DNA of 64,000 bases, from assembly GCF_006345805.1 (NCBI RefSeq), contig NC_043003.1:74834001-74898000 (forward strand), written 5' to 3'. Under the pieces are notes generated by a model. The model searched no databases. It saw only the letters and a list, made by a program, of their open reading frames with translations, and was not told the origin of the DNA. Positions 27,632 to 41,914 of the stretch are shown here, piece after piece (position 1 is the stretch's first letter; each line of letters starts with the position of its first letter). The position numbers were made by a program, and so were the translations under genes. The stretch comes from Octopus sinensis (lineage: Eukaryota).

Positions 27632-27676
27632 TTTCCGTACCGGTTTCAGTCATTGAGACCTTTTCAACTGTAAAAA
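27632..27676 (-). ncRNA. Type I hammerhead-like motif, U3-A8 core variant, stem I damaged
   Basis: Minus strand tttacag TTGAAAA GGTC tcaat GACT GAAA CCGG TA cggaaa, downstream of the PLE ORF at 28400-29905 on the same strand. Confidence 0.55.
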
Positions 27677-28087
27677 TTAAATAATTAAATTTAGAAAAAT
27701 TAAAAGAAAAGTTTTTTTTTAAAGAATATTTCTATAGTGTTCAAAGTACTCTTGTGGGTTCGAGGTCCTTGTGAATTCTTGGTAGTGGCATTTTCCTTCT
27801 TTCTGCCTGTCTCTGTCTCTCTCGTTTACTCTTGTGGGTTCAATGTCTTTGTGAATTCTTGGTAGGGAAGAAGGAGAAGAAAAAGGAGAAGGATTGGGAG
27901 GAGAAGGGGAAGAGGAGGGATAATTTGGGAGTGCCATGACAGTAGTATTTTGAATGGTCAAGGGATGGTAGCAGTCCCTGTTCAATTCATGAAAATATTT
28001 CTTTAGAATGTTTTGTTTATAGAATTTGCGTAGGTGTTATTCTGAAAAGCATTAGTGACATAGTTAGGAAGGAGAAGGGAGACTGGG

Positions 28088-28250
28088 GAAGAAGAAGAAG
28101 AAGAAGAAGAAGAAGAAGATGAAGAAGAAGAAGAAGAAGACGAAGAAGAAGAAGAAGAAGAAGAAGAAGAATAGGAAGAAGAAGAAGAAGAAGAAGAAGA
28201 AGAAGAAGAAGAAGAAGAAGAAGAAGAAGAAGAAGAAGAAAGAGAAGGGA
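28088..28250 (+). repeat. (GAA)n microsatellite within PLE 3' region
   Basis: Long GAA run seen directly. Confidence 0.95.
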
Positions 28251-28399
28251 GAATAAGGATATAGTAGGAAGTAGTAAGGTGCTAAATGACTTAAAATTGG
28301 CACCTAATCGATTATAGCAGTGATTTGCAATGTTTTTTTAATGAATTCTTGGGAATCTCTTGAGTGTATCGTTTTTAATATTTGCGTGTGTATTTGTGT

Positions 28400-29905
28400 T
28401 ATTCTAAGACCGAGGTGGAAATGTCCTTTGTCGTAGACGCGTTCAGAAGGGGCCTGTATTTTGTAATAAAGAGAAGTTCTTTACTAATTCGTTGGCTCCA
28501 GGTTGTAACGTCCCTAAATTGGTAGAGGGGGGAAATTCTGAAGTTTGGATTTTTGTTGTTGGTGCAAATGTCTATTTGTTGACTGAATGCTAATTTTCTG
28601 TTTTGGGGAATTTTTATCTGGGATCTGTGCAGGGACATTCCTTTACGGAGACTATTATTTTGTTTGGCCTATGTATTGCTCTTGACACCCAGAACAGGTT
28701 AGTGTGTGTATCAGGTTCTCCGAAGCACATGTGAAGTTGCTTTTCACTGTGAAACGTTGTTCCTGTTTGAAGGAGAACTCTGATCCCTCAATTAGATAAT
28801 CGCATATCCCACAATTGGGTCTTCCACATCGTTTTCACTGTCGGCTTCTGTGTTGTTGAGCGTATACAGGATTATGTTAGGAGACTTTCATAGATTTGGG
28901 CTGTCTCTTGCTTTTTATGATGGTGTGTTTGGAGGATTAATTTCATTCTGTGTTCATTTTTTTAGCAGGTGTATGTTTTGGAGGATGGTGTCGAAGGCCT
29001 CATTGTTGAGAGGGTTGTGTGTGGAGACGTATGGTAAGGCTTTTGGTTGTAAAATTTTCTTTAATTTGGGATGTCAGAGTTCCTGGATGTTGAGTTGAAA
29101 AGCACGTTGAATGCATATGACAATTAGTGAAGGTGGGTAGTTCCTGGTGGTAAGTGTATCCTTTAGTTCATGTAGTCGTGTGTCTCTGGTGTTTGCATTA
29201 GAAACTATAGTACATATTCTTTTTTGCTAAGTTGAAGGGGATATTCATTCTGGTGTGTCTGGGGTTGCATGAATTGAATGGAAGATATTGCTTGGAATCC
29301 GTAGGCTTATAGTATATATCTGTTTCTATTACGTTATTAGATTTCTTAATGAGGATGTCTAGGAAGTGGAGTCGTTGCTTGCTATATTCCATCGTGAATT
29401 GGATGCTTACGTCAACTCCATTTAGAAGTCCTTGGAATTCTTTAAGTTTCGCTATATTTTCCATACCAAAAATGAAATAGTCATCTAGATGTCTCTTCCA
29501 GTTGTTTTCTATGAAGCGGAAGAAAGAGCTGCCGTATCTTTTTAGAACCTTACAATAAAGTCTGATTTCTAGATATCCCATGACTAGGTTAGCAAAGGAG
29601 GGGGCCATTCGCGTACCCATCGCAGTCCCCGATTTTTGTCGATAGAATTTGTCTTTGAAGGTGAAGTAGTTATTTTCCAGGATGAATTTTAGCCCTTCTA
29701 TCACGAATTCTTTTTTTGATGCGATGTGGGAGTTCGTTGGCGTACTTCTCTAGCCAGAATTGAATTGCCTCTATTCCTAGAGGTTGTGGGGGATATTGGA
29801 ATAGAGGTTGACTACATCGAAGGATACTAGTAGTGTGTTCTTGTTCATTGTTTTAGGAAGGTAATTGAGCATGTCCATATCGTCCCTTATATACCTTTTG
29901 ACAAA
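28400..29905 (-). mobile_element. 5'-truncated degenerate Penelope/Poseidon-type retroelement (RT + GIY-YIG)
   Basis: LLVSFDVVNLYSNIPH, GTAMGTRMAPSFANLVMG, WKRHLDD, FLD, TDIYYKPTDSKQYL; endonuclease FTCASENLIHTLTCSGCQEQYIGQT...KELLFITKYRPLLN; stops and frameshifts. Confidence 0.9.
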
Positions 29906-32253
29906 CTTCGAAGACATTGTTAACCATTTCCTTGTTTGAATAAACATTCAATATGTTATTCTTTAATCCGTTATTAGCTAGTTTTGTATTAAATTGTTTG
30001 GCTACAAACTTTACCTTGAAACTAAACATTAGAATATGTCTGCGTATGTGTTTGATTTCGTTTTCGCATTTCTGTGTACCCTTGTGTGGCGTATTACGTA
30101 CGTGACTGAAATTTCAGTAGATTCCTCTTACTATTAATCTTCGCCTAAACCGCATCAATTTTAGATCTATTATTGCAAGTTTCCTTATAGATATTATATA
30201 GATTTTTCCAATTTTGTTTCAATAAAATCTCATATTTTCAGTAAGCAGTTAATGACTCATGAATCGCAATTTGAAAATATTGATACCTTTGGCTACTATT
30301 ATTCTTAGTTGTATTGATATAACTAAAATTTTATGAAATTTATTAACAATATAGTTATCTAAGTGTATTTGAGGGTTCCTTATTATTTATGAATATTACA
30401 TTTTATACCAACATATTTCAATAAGATATTCATTTATTTATTTGCCTCAAAAATCTCCTTGTGGTGTTGTAGTCGAATAACAAAGCATAACTGTATGAAT
30501 CATATGTGAATGTTATTTTTGTTGTAATTCCTGTATTATATAGTATCAGTAATTAGTAGCAGCTGTTTTTGCTTGCTGGTTTAATTCCGGTGACCGATTC
30601 TTGTAGACTCTGAATTATTGGGACTATTTTTATATTAAAATTCGAAACCAATAACTGAAATAGGGGAAAATATAAACCGGTAAATAACCATTTCAATATA
30701 ACTTCCATCTTAAATGTATCAGCAAATGTATCCAATGATGTCTTGCAGCTAATTACAAAAGTTTCAAAACACCGATGCACACTATAAGAAAATTAAATAT
30801 ATTTGTTCACATTTAGATGCAACTGTATATATTTCGTAATTTCCATATTTATGACGTTGATAAATATTTTCACGATTAAGCAGTTTGCGACGCATATTGT
30901 AAAGACATATGTGTACGTGAAAAAATTATAAGCATGCTCGTTTATAGTTTGTTAGTTTATACAATATATGACTTGTAGCAAATGCAGATGGAATATACTT
31001 TATAGAAATAATATGGTATGTTGTTGCATTATTGTAAATATTTTCAAACTATGCTAACACAGAATAAGCAGGATTTTCGCAGCGTGTATTAAAATGATCG
31101 CAATACACATATCAGGGTATATTCGGAAGAGCAAGGAAAACAGATGCGATTGTAGGAACTTATATGCGGTGAGATATATAAACATGACATATTATTAAGC
31201 AACAACTTTGGACACTCAACAAAAATAATATAATCACAAAAAGGTGTACATATCAAAATGAATTCAGGGTGATGTGGAATCAGATGATGGATAAATAACT
31301 GAATATGATGTACGCTTAGTAAACTAGCTCTACAACGCAATGGATATGTCAAAACAAGATAATATTAGGCACCCTTTCAAATATACCGCTGCTTAAATGA
31401 GCCAATGATGAAAGCACTACGCCGCTAATCGCCCTACAAAAATAGTAATCGCATTTCCTCTTATAACAAGCTACCATCCAAATAAAATAAGGATAATGTA
31501 GATTATATCATGTTAGGTATACAAAATATAAAACAATCAAAACAAGAATGTTGTTACTCTGGAATATCTTTGTTCTCATATTTGCTTACTCAACTCTAAG
31601 TTGTAGCAAACTAGAAAGATGAAGAAAATGGTTTCTCCAAGAAAATTCTTGATAGCAAATTGAATGGTAAAAAATAGATTGTCCAAAAATGCGACAAATG
31701 AAAATATTAGGCGCTGTAGGTAACATAGCTGCATAATTAATAAGCTGTCATCCACATGTCCTTTAGTTGAGAAATTTCCAACGTAACTGATTTTACTTTT
31801 TCACTCTGAAGTTTATTGCTGCTAAGGCCTCTGTGATCGGTGGAATGGGGCTGGAAGGATAAATGTATTGCCAAACTAAATGATGAAAACAATTACTCTG
31901 AGAATTTATACTCTACGTGACTGTGTGAAACCGACAGCATAGTTGTTGACTTTGCCTACACACAATATATGTAATATATATTTGTAAACATTGCACATTG
32001 ATTTCATCATCTTGAACTGTGCAAAAATCGGTAATGATTTATTCATTTTATTTCACGGCACATTTTTTGTTTTATTTATTTTTCATATTTGGTTTCATTC
32101 TAACAGCGCACAACTCCGCTGGGATTAATATTAATTGCAGTCTCTGTGATTTTATATAACTTTCTTTCCCACCACGACCGCGACTGTACAATATACAATC
32201 TACATGACTGCATTATAAATGTTTTATGCTTACTTTGTCAAAGTTATGTGGAA

Positions 32254-33081
32254 TCATATATATAAAAGGGAGGATGTGTGTGTGTGTGTATGTGATTGTA
32301 ATTTATGCACGTCCACAAATTAGCACGCATGTCGCTCCAATTTTAGGAGGACATTTGTCAACATCCTATCTCGGTTTTGTCAACTTATTTTTCCCCGAGG
32401 CACCCGTGGGTAGCGTAAATATCTATTTTCAGATATAGCTTTTAGCCACGAAAAATATCAGCCTTGGCTTTTTTGATGGCATCTAACAAAAAAAAAGATA
32501 AAGAAAAGTGGAAGAAGGAGGCAGAGAGTTTCACGGGGAAAACGAAGTGAGAGAGGGAGAGAGAGAGATTAAATGAAAACGTTCTTGCCAGCGTCTAACA
32601 AAAATAAGATAAAGAAAAGTGGAAGAATGAGGCAGAGAGTTTCAAGGGAAAGACAAAGTGAGAGAAGGAGAGACAGAGAGAGTACGTTATGAAGTTCATA
32701 AATAAATATAATGTAAAATGTTTTCTTTTTTTGTTTTTGAAAGACACTATATTTAATAATCATAATATATATACTTTAGTGAAAATCGTGCGAGTGTTAA
32801 TCTACAAATTTAACAACATTTTTTTCCATTTATTTCTGTATATGAACATGTATGCGTGCACAAAACATGCAATAGGTATACGTACGCACGTGTGTGTATG
32901 TGTGTTCGTGTATGTTGCTCATATATATTCATATTATATCATATATATATATAATATAACTGATTTCAACGGATTTCGCCCAAATTTCACGTCTATATTA
33001 CTTAGTTTGGTTTGAGATAAACAACTTGATTAGCTTAATAATCGTAACTTAATCCCGGGCAAGGCCGGGTTGTACTGCTAG
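32254..33081 (+). mobile_element. Non-autonomous Helitron
   Basis: A|TC 5' end (tcatatatataaaaggg); 3' hairpin CCCGG-gcaagg-CCGGG (33054-33069) followed by CTAG|T (33078-33082); internal ~118-bp tandem duplication at 32475-32680. Confidence 0.75.
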
Positions 33082-33929
33082 TAGAATATAAAAACGAACA
33101 TATTACAAAATATCTCAAATAATATTCGCCTGTTTAACTGCGAAATCTTAAATTAAATGACTATGAAAAATGATTAACTGTAATCCTGATTTTCTTCTTT
33201 ATTTCAACTCCCTTTAATTATGTACACATGTACGCAACGTTAAAGATGCAAATTTAAAGCAGCACTAACATTTGAAAGAAATATTCAGTTTTCAAGCACA
33301 TGTTCACTACAAAGTATGATTGTTATTATAGTAGAACCATCATGAGACAGTTATCACTAGGCGAGATGTCAAAGCATGTAATTTAAAATCGCTATTTTGC
33401 TGCATTGTTTTAAGCTTCATAAAGTGATGTACAACAAGGTATTAGAATTAGGAATCAGATGAGTACCATACATAACACGAGGACTACAATAAGAGGGGCG
33501 ATTAAATGCACTGTGCATCTATAATGAATAACTATTTCGAAGAATAATTCCTTGCATTGTATGTTGAATTTTTGTCTGTGACTTTTGACTAATAAGTCAA
33601 CGCTTCCATAGCTGTAGCGTTTATAGTTTTATAAAATCTAAAGTGTAATTAACTAGCGACCAAACTCTGAAATATTAAAAACAAAAATGAAAAATAAAAC
33701 AAATATATATATTAAAAGTTATTTGTGTAGCATTGAACGTACGCAGATGTTGAAAGAGACAGGCACTAGTTTTATTAATTATATATTTGTTGTTAAAGGC
33801 TAATATAGTGGCTGATAAAGAATTTGTAAACACCATTTACAATATACATGCCTCGCAACAAGTAGACTATATACACAGAAAATGCTGCGGGTAACTACTG
33901 AAAATTGCGAATTAGATATATTTAATCTG

Positions 33930-34300
33930 TGTTGATCATCATCATAATCATTGGAATTTATCATGCTACGCCAGACTTCACGGTCCATCATGGCATTACG
34001 GAGGTCCTGTTGCTGGATGCCTGTATCCCTGGAGATTACATCAGGGTAGGAGAGTGTGCGCCCTCTGGTATTGCGAGTAGATGGCTTCCAGAGGAGAAGA
34101 GTAGAAATTACTTCTTTTTCAGCTCTACAACAAAGTCCAGCAAACTGGACTCTCCTACTTTTCACAAGAGATGACACAGGTGGTAGTTTCCCATATATTT
34201 GCATTTTGGTTGGATGTCTTTCTTTTCCATTCACGGAACTGAATTGTATATATATATATTACTTAAGAGGTTTTTCACGTCGTTCAAAAACGGTGAGAGC
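33930..34300 (-). mobile_element. 3' fragment of RTE-X-like LINE
   Basis: RHPTKMQIYGKLPPVSSLVKSRRVQFAGLCCRAEKEVISTLLLWKP...LSYPDVISRDT...AMMDREVW, then (ATG)n-like tail. Confidence 0.8.
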
Positions 34301-35228
34301 TGCCACGAAAGCTTCAAACAAGGGGAAACTGTTAAACTTACCCAGAAGATGTTAAAAGAGGTTATGGATTAAATTTTGAGCTCAGAAGCAAACGAGAAAC
34401 TAAATACTTCAAGAATACATCCGGTGCTCTCGATACTATGCCAACCATAGTCAAGAATTAATACATTTCTTCTGCCATACCATCATGAAAAATGTCCTGG
34501 GGGAGCTTGCCCGTCAATATTCATTACGGCAAGTTGAGGTGACTGGGGAAAAATAACTCGAGTTACACACTGCACGCTCAAACGAATATTCCAGTCAGAT
34601 GTCAGTGATACCAACTGTGCAGCTGTGTGTAAATAAACAGTTGAAGAAAAAATTGATGTTGTAAACGTTCAGAATTAGCGAATAATCCGAGTTCCCTTAC
34701 TGTATGTACCACAATTTGCAATAAAGTGAAGAACCTAGGCTATAAAGTTTACACGATAAGCTTTGCTCAATCGAAGATGTTTCAAATCATGATTTCGAAG
34801 CCTATCAATTTTGTAAGAGAAAATATTTGTAGGAAATTGTAATTACTTCCCAAAATAAGATAAACTTAAGATTGCAATAAATATTGATAATCTGTTCTGT
34901 ACAAATTATGTCAGACGCACATACGAAGGTATTTAATTTTGCAACACACACGGTAATGTCGAAATCCTTGGGCATCTTATAACCAGTTAGTGATGATAAA
35001 CGGATATACATAGAGACTATGAAACGTCAAGTTTTACTTTAGGCATTAGAGCATAAAGCAACAAAATATACTCTTGTTATTCTCATATGTAGGATTTTGT
35101 AAAGGCTTAGTGAAAGGAGGTAGTCAAAAGTCATTATATTTTTAGAGGCAAAGAAAGGTTTTAAAGAAGGTCTTTCACAGAGAGAAGAAATAGCTTAAAA
35201 ACTTGAATAAGTGAGCACTTCGTCACCG

Positions 35229-35329
<101 letters not shown>

Positions 35330-35689
35330 CATTCGAAGGAGACGATATATGTTTGTAACCTATGAAATTATTAGAACATTAGTACTTGTGTGATAAGTGG
35401 ATTGGTTAGTATGTCCTATGCATGTTAATGGTACGTGCAATTGCGTTTGTGCATTTCGTGCGCATGATTTGTATATATGTCTGTTTTCATTGTTATATAT
35501 TATTTGTAGGCTGATCCGCATATGTGTTTATATGTGCAGAATTAATTTACTTAGCTGATTATTGTTGCTATGTATTGGCTGGGTGTTGAATTCATGCGGT
35601 TGTTCCACAATATTTTCCTGCAAATAGAAGGTGAGACTTGGTGAGCATACATACTATGAGGATCTCTTAGTTTCTGTTATTCAGCTATA

Positions 35690-35900
35690 TGTCATTGGAT
35701 TTTAATTCCTATTATAAATGGAAAGTCTCAGATACGCGAAAGGCGCATCTGTTGTTCGTGTTATTCGGCATAGTTCTATCTAGAATTTTCCATTTGATGT
35801 TGAAGGGTACTCATTTTTCTTTTAGTACCCAGACCCGTTAAGTATTCTACATACTCAGATAAGTATTGGTGTAACATATTCTCAGTAGAACAACTAAACG
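35690..35900 (-). pseudogene. Degenerate Naiad-like GIY-YIG C-terminal fragment
   Basis: VPFNIKWKILDRTMPNNTNNRCAFRVSETF resembles LEWSILSVALPFDRGRRQCNICVSEL of the element at 46271-48957. Confidence 0.5.
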
Positions 35901-36189
35901 AACGAGACAATAATGTGACTTCGCTGCCCAGATAATCTCATAGCTACGTCAATAATCTACGGTAGTGGTCAAACATTCAGGTTTTTGCTTTTTTGAAATA
36001 CTAAAGTCACCCCGAGGTGGGGAAAAAACTGTTGCCTACAGCAATTGACTACTTCTGATACCTTACACACCATTACGTTTATGAATATTTAGGAGTTAGG
36101 AAGGTGATTTTAGCAATTGCTGTCAGTTTTATATACCTTATGTTCAACGGTTTTCTTTGACATAAGGTTGGCAAGCTATTGGCTTAGCG

Positions 36190-36420
36190 GCGCCTTCTCT
36201 TTTTCTGATATAGCTTCACAGTTTTCGTCACAGTACGCTCCGCTATTTGCTAGTGAGCTTTCTTTTTGAACTGATTCAAGCTTACACTGGCTTTTGAACT
36301 CCGACATAATATTGCAGTCTTGTAACACTTTAAATGTTAAACAATTAAGCCTGAGGTATTCTCCAGACTTCTGCGATCCAGCAATTTGTCCTCTTTGCAA
36401 ATTGGACAAGTTACGTATTT
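36190..36420 (-). pseudogene. Tc1 transposase N-terminal remnant
   Basis: RNLSNLQRGQIAG...IMSEFKSQCKLES matches the Tc1 paired-like HTH start (DLSDFQRGQIVG). Confidence 0.55.
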
Positions 36421-37444
36421 CAATATTTGTTGTATATACAGATCTGCACAAATATAAGTAAAATAGGTCTATATAAAATATCATGAGGGTCACATATGTG
36501 CAGAGGAGAAAAGTCGTTAAATATGCAAAGAAATATTCAATTATAAAGTGTTTTAACCATTGCTTTGTCTAACATCTGTATATTATATATGTTCAAATGT
36601 TTGCATTTGTATATGTGTGCGTGTGAGAAAGAGAGATACAGACAGAGACAGGCAGATGGAGAGGGAATATGTGTGCGAGAGTGCCTGTGTGAGAGAAAAT
36701 GTGTGTATGTGAAAGAAAGACCGAGTTTATGTGTGCATGAGTGTGTGTATGCATGTGTATGTGTTGGTGTGTGTACATTCGTGTGTGCTTGCGTGTATGT
36801 GCATCAGTATGAGTGTATGCATATTTAAGTGTATTTCCCGTAAGTAGATTTTAGAGCTTGGTTAAGCCATTGATTTGTGTTGCAAATAGTAAATCACGAT
36901 TTTATCCATACTATTTTGAAGGATAAAAAAACCGTTAAAACGTCGAATAAATTACACGATTTAAGAAATAATATAACTAACAATCGAATATCCACTAGTA
37001 GATAAATACACAAAAAGCCGTCAAAAGCATGCCAGCATTAAGCGCCTTTCACTCTTACGAAAAACATTATCCTAAGTCTCTCAGGTAAAATATAATTCTA
37101 TTAACGATTCGGCCTATTTCATGCTTCATTAAATCTAGTGTTATTTCAACTGTATTCATCAACGATGCATCTCTGATTAAAGTATCAGTGAAAGTATTTT
37201 CAGCGGAACGCCTTTGTTGTGTTGATATATTTTGGATTCTATATGCTGAGTTTTTTTTGTTTTTGCGTGTGTGCAGGCAAGTAAAGAGTGTGAGAATGCG
37301 CCTGCGCCACCCAGAGCGTAAAGATGTTGCCCTTTACTTTATATATAGACATTTTTCCTTGCATTTCACTGTGAAACACTACTTCGTTTCTATTACACCT
37401 ACTACTAAATATTTCTCTTTCTACTAATCTCAGCCTATACTCAT

Positions 37445-38900
37445 ATACACTGAACTGCTAAAGAAAAGTGAGACATTTCTGACTTCGAAATATGCTTTAA
37501 TTTCATGGTGTCAGCGATAAATATTGATAAATCTGACAACGTCAATTTCTTAGATGCTTTTTGACCACAGTCTATGGGTCGTTGTCATGTGTTCTAGTAG
37601 CGGGTTGATCCAGCACATCGATATTGCCGAGCGTGACTTGTTCAATACCGTGTATTCCCTTCCTGGCTGATCAAAACGGCCACACAAACTCGGTACATGG
37701 AGTGTATGGGGCGGTTCATAAAAGCCATTGGCATCTGTGCTCACACCCTCAGGAAAGCTGCCTCTAATTATACACGATTTGTCGGCCTTACGACTACCTA
37801 GTTCAGCCGTCTCTGGATTTCATTCCACAGGTGTTCAATTGGGTTCAAGTCCGGGCTGAGAGCCAGGCACCGCATGCTTCTGTTGTTGTCCTGAGGCTGG
37901 AAGTCAATGGTGACCCTGGCCGTGTGGGATGGAGCATTGTCGTGCTGGAAAAAGTGGCTATGATGACGCGCGAATGAAGGGCATGATGTGAGGTATTAGC
38001 ATCTTGTCAACGTAGAGCTGCACTGTGATGTCATTCACTCTGCCTGCACCAATATCTTTGAACACATAGGACCCAATTCTCTGATTCAAGTCTATAGTAA
38101 CCCAAACAATGATGTTTTGGCCACCCCACACGTCTCTGTAGCGTTCACCGCTCCCACGCTACACCCTAATTCCGCCATCAGAGGTGGAAACCCCAGTACC
38201 AGCTCTCCTCAGAGAAGACTATCGATATTCATTGTTGATGCTGCCTATGTTGATGCTGTGTAACCCACAGTAGTCGTGCCTGACGGTGGTGGGTGGTAAG
38301 GACAGGCCCTCGAGGAGGACGACAACAATGCAGGTTTTTGGCGGCCAGTCGACCTCGTGACGTTGTCGCTGATTGGTCGTTGTCCAGTGCGAATGGTCAC
38401 GCGAGTTGTCACACTAGCCAGTCTGAAACGATCACAGAGATGTTGCAGGTGGATGTAACTGTCCTGGCTGGGTATCGTCGCAAGGAAACGAACTCTGCGA
38501 GCATGGTCTGCAGTGCTGTTGATGTGGTTGTATCGCTGTTGCAGGCGGTAGAAGGACATTGTAAGCTTTCGCAAAAGCCAGGGCATGCTGCCCTGCTTGC
38601 AATCGGCCGATGGCTTATTCTCTCAGTGGAGTGAGCGGGGACTGTTCAGACGCCGCAAGACACGTTCCACCACTGACACTTTTGTTTTTAATTTTCCGGG
38701 ATAGCGCTCACGTAGGACCATTCATTCCCAACATGCGAACCACTTGCATCCATCTGTTACCGACCCTGTCTGATGAGAGACACTGCTTCCAAACCTTAAT
38801 CTGCCTTCGTAGAAGGAAAACAAAAAAGTGAGTCAATCATTAATCAGAATGAAAGTGCCTGTCTCCAATCCTTTTTATACGTGTTCGCCATATAGTCTCT
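37445..38900 (-). mobile_element. Degenerate Tc1 (DD34E-type) transposon
   Basis: RLQQRYNHINSTAD...SQDSYIHLQHLCDRFRLASVT; ttccagcacgacaatgctcc (FQHDNAP); ccggacttgaacccaattgaacacctgtgg (PDLNPIEHLW); weak terminal inverted similarity. Confidence 0.85.
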
Positions 38901-38999
38901 TTCGCTATAGTGACCACAACGAGAAAACACGCCTTACCTTCTCTGCTCAGTGAGGGAGGTGGATCGATATTTATAACAGAATCGGACGACAGCTGTACT

Positions 39000-39470
39000 C
39001 TTCTAAGCCTAGACATCAGTCGTTCAACGCAAACCCATAGCCCTGAAATCCTCGCACCCTGCCAAAATGCGTGCAGAACAGTTTCCCTGTCATGTCCGCT
39101 GTTGTGATCGATCCTTCACAGCATTTCGCAAATTATCCCGAGAGACGCGGCAAACCGGCGAGGAAGTCCGTAGGGTCCACCCTGCGCTCTGGTCCTCCGC
39201 TCCTCCCGAAAAGCTGACCGAAATGCTCATAAAACCCCTTGCACATCTCCTCGGGTTCGTTTGCCAATTGCCCTTGGTTGTTCATCATAGACCTTATTCT
39301 GGCATCGTTGCCATGCTGGGCTTCTACTACACGGGCCCCTCCCGCAGCGTTGATTCCTTCTCGACCTATAACACGAACCTTACACCTTATAATGCAACCT
39401 TCGTGTTTAGCCTCAAGATGATAGTCGTGGGCCATTTAAGAAATTGTTGCTGTGATTATTTTTTCCTAAA
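39000..39470 (-). mobile_element. Fragment of L1/Tx1-type LINE ORF2 (EN-RT linker)
   Basis: EGCIIRCKVR...IRSMMNNQGQLANEPEEMCKGFYEHFGQLF...FLAGLPRLS..CCEGSIT. Confidence 0.6.
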
Positions 39471-39589
39471 TCATTATATGATCCCTTAAAACCGATCGTG
39501 GTGCGATCACGATATTTCAAAGTCAAGGCAGATTTTAGGATGATATGGTTGATTTTTTTAGGAAAAATTGCTTGTCTGGGTAGGGGATT

Positions 39590-39890
39590 AGTCAACTAAA
39601 TCGACCTAGCGTTTAACTGGTTCATATTTTATCGACCGCCGAAAGGGTGAAACGAAAAGTCGACCTTGGGGGAATTTGACCTGAGAACACAAAGACGGAC
39701 GAAATGACTCTAAGCATTTCGCTCGGCGTGCTAACGATTCTGCCAGTTCACCGCCCAAACAACATTAATATTAACATTGTCTTGAGCTATTCTCCCAAGG
39801 GCGACATTGTCTTTCACTTCTTCGGGGTTGATAGAATAAATACCAGTTGATGACTGGTGTCGATGTAATCGACTTACCTCACACCAATAT
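39590..39890. mobile_element. Two SINE copies in opposite orientation (39590-39755 minus; ~39790-39890 plus)
   Basis: tttatcgaccgccgaaaggg...gaatttgacctgagaac...ttctgccagttcaccgcc and its reverse complement ctttcacttcttcggggttgatagaataaataccagttg. Confidence 0.7.
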
Positions 39891-41429
39891 TAAAATCGTC
39901 CTAATTAAAGAGGGATAAAACAGAACGAACAGACGATTCCATTCGATCCCGTGTAATAACTAGTTATTCATTTCAGGAAAAATTTAAAACGTGGCTCATT
40001 TGGGAAATGAAGAATTTATGAAAAACTTGAGAAAAATATGAGACAAGTAATACAATATAGAAAGGGAGAATGAATATCACAAATATAGAAAAAAAATTGG
40101 TATAGTGGAATAAAAGTGCAAAGGAATTTATGTAAGATAAAGAAGGGGGAAAGGTAATAGCAGAAAATTCGACGGAAGGAGTAATCTTAGGTTTGATTCA
40201 TACCGTAGTTATATTGATAAATATATGAAGTTCTAAATTTTTCGTACCATTGAATTATTGTTTCTCCGACATAAACGTGCAATTTAAAAATCTAAAGACG
40301 CTAACAAATACAAAACGGAAATAAATGCATTGCTAAATATAACATATGCTTTGGTAATTATTAAGTTAGTTTGGAAATCAAAATCGATTTTTTTTTTGTT
40401 TTCAGCTAAAAATGTTGTTTTTATTTCAGCTAAAAATTTTCAAATGCCACAAAAGAATGTCGATTACTGAAGAAAGCAAGAGAAAATATTTTGGTTACAA
40501 TCAAACAAAAGATGGCAGTAAACAGTTCTATTAATGTCTCTATAAACATAGAATTAATCAAGCAATTTCGAATTCCTACAGTGAATTCATGGCTTTTTGT
40601 TCTACAGTCGGAAGTTCACGTTGTGAGACACATTATAAATTCAAATGTACTGAAGTTAAATAAATAATAATGCCCTGAAAATATAGGACTCATCTCTGAT
40701 GTAAATGCGTTGTATAAAATAGAGTAATATTGAGTTATGACCTGAATATACGCCGAAATGTACTGCAATATTAAATGAATAATATTTGGTCGAATGACGT
40801 TATTTCAGTAATATTGGTAAAATTGAAATGTTTATATTCTCACATAATTTTACACGCAATGATTGATTAGTTTCTGAAGGATATAAAATAAAGCTAACGA
40901 TGGCACGCAACATAAATGTGTATATGTGTGTATGTTTGTAGATGCTTACATAAACGTGTATATGTGTGTATGTTTATAGAGGCTTACATAAACGTGTATA
41001 TGTGTGTGCTTGTAGATGCTTATGCATGAGCGTGTATGTTCACCAATGCGCGTGAATGAATTTATGTGTGTACATGTGATGCTCTTAATGGTTGGAAAAT
41101 TTTTAAAGTAGCTTAAAGGATGTAGGAGAAATACGAAGAGGAACGAAAAAATTGAGTGGGGAGGAACAATTCCTAATAGTGTTATGCTTAAGTCAATTAC
41201 ATTCATTTGCAGTTAGAAGTATTTTTTTAAAACATATACATGGAAATGAGATATAGATGTGAGAGACAGATGCAAACGATGGTTAAAAAAATGATGATGA
41301 TGAATACGATAATGAAGACGATGACAATGATAGCAAACGTATTATTAATCATTGTCATTAATATCAATATTGATAGTAATAATAATATTGCTATTACAAA
41401 CATCGATAGTGAGATGATGGTGACGAAAA

Positions 41430-41503
41430 ACGACGAAGACGACGACGACGACGACGATGATGATGATGATGATGATGATGATGACGATGATGATGACGAT
41501 GAT
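41430..41503 (+). repeat. (GAC/GAT)n microsatellite
   Basis: Seen directly. Confidence 0.95.
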
Positions 41504-41914
41504 GCTTTAACAGTAAAAGTAATAACTTAAAAACATAGTATTGCTACGAATACATGCTCCGAGAGACAAATCGTGTACTGAGAATGGTACTCACGGATGT
41601 GAAAAATATATTAAGCTCATAATCATAATATTAACGATTCTGTTCAGTCTACCTACCCAGCTTTAAAATTGTATCCATCGAAAAATTGTAAACGTTTTTT
41701 TCTCCTCGATATCTATTTTTCATGCACTCCCGAGCCATGTGCAAGGAAGCCGAGAGAAACTCCATTCTCACGATCGGATACTGAAATAATTTGTGCGAGT
41801 GACGGATTCCTGTAGAGTAGTATTGTTATAGGCATGTAGTTTGAAAAATATTCGATCCATATTGTGCAATGGAGAAGTAAAACTTGTACCGTTTCTTCTA
41901 CTACCATCACCACC

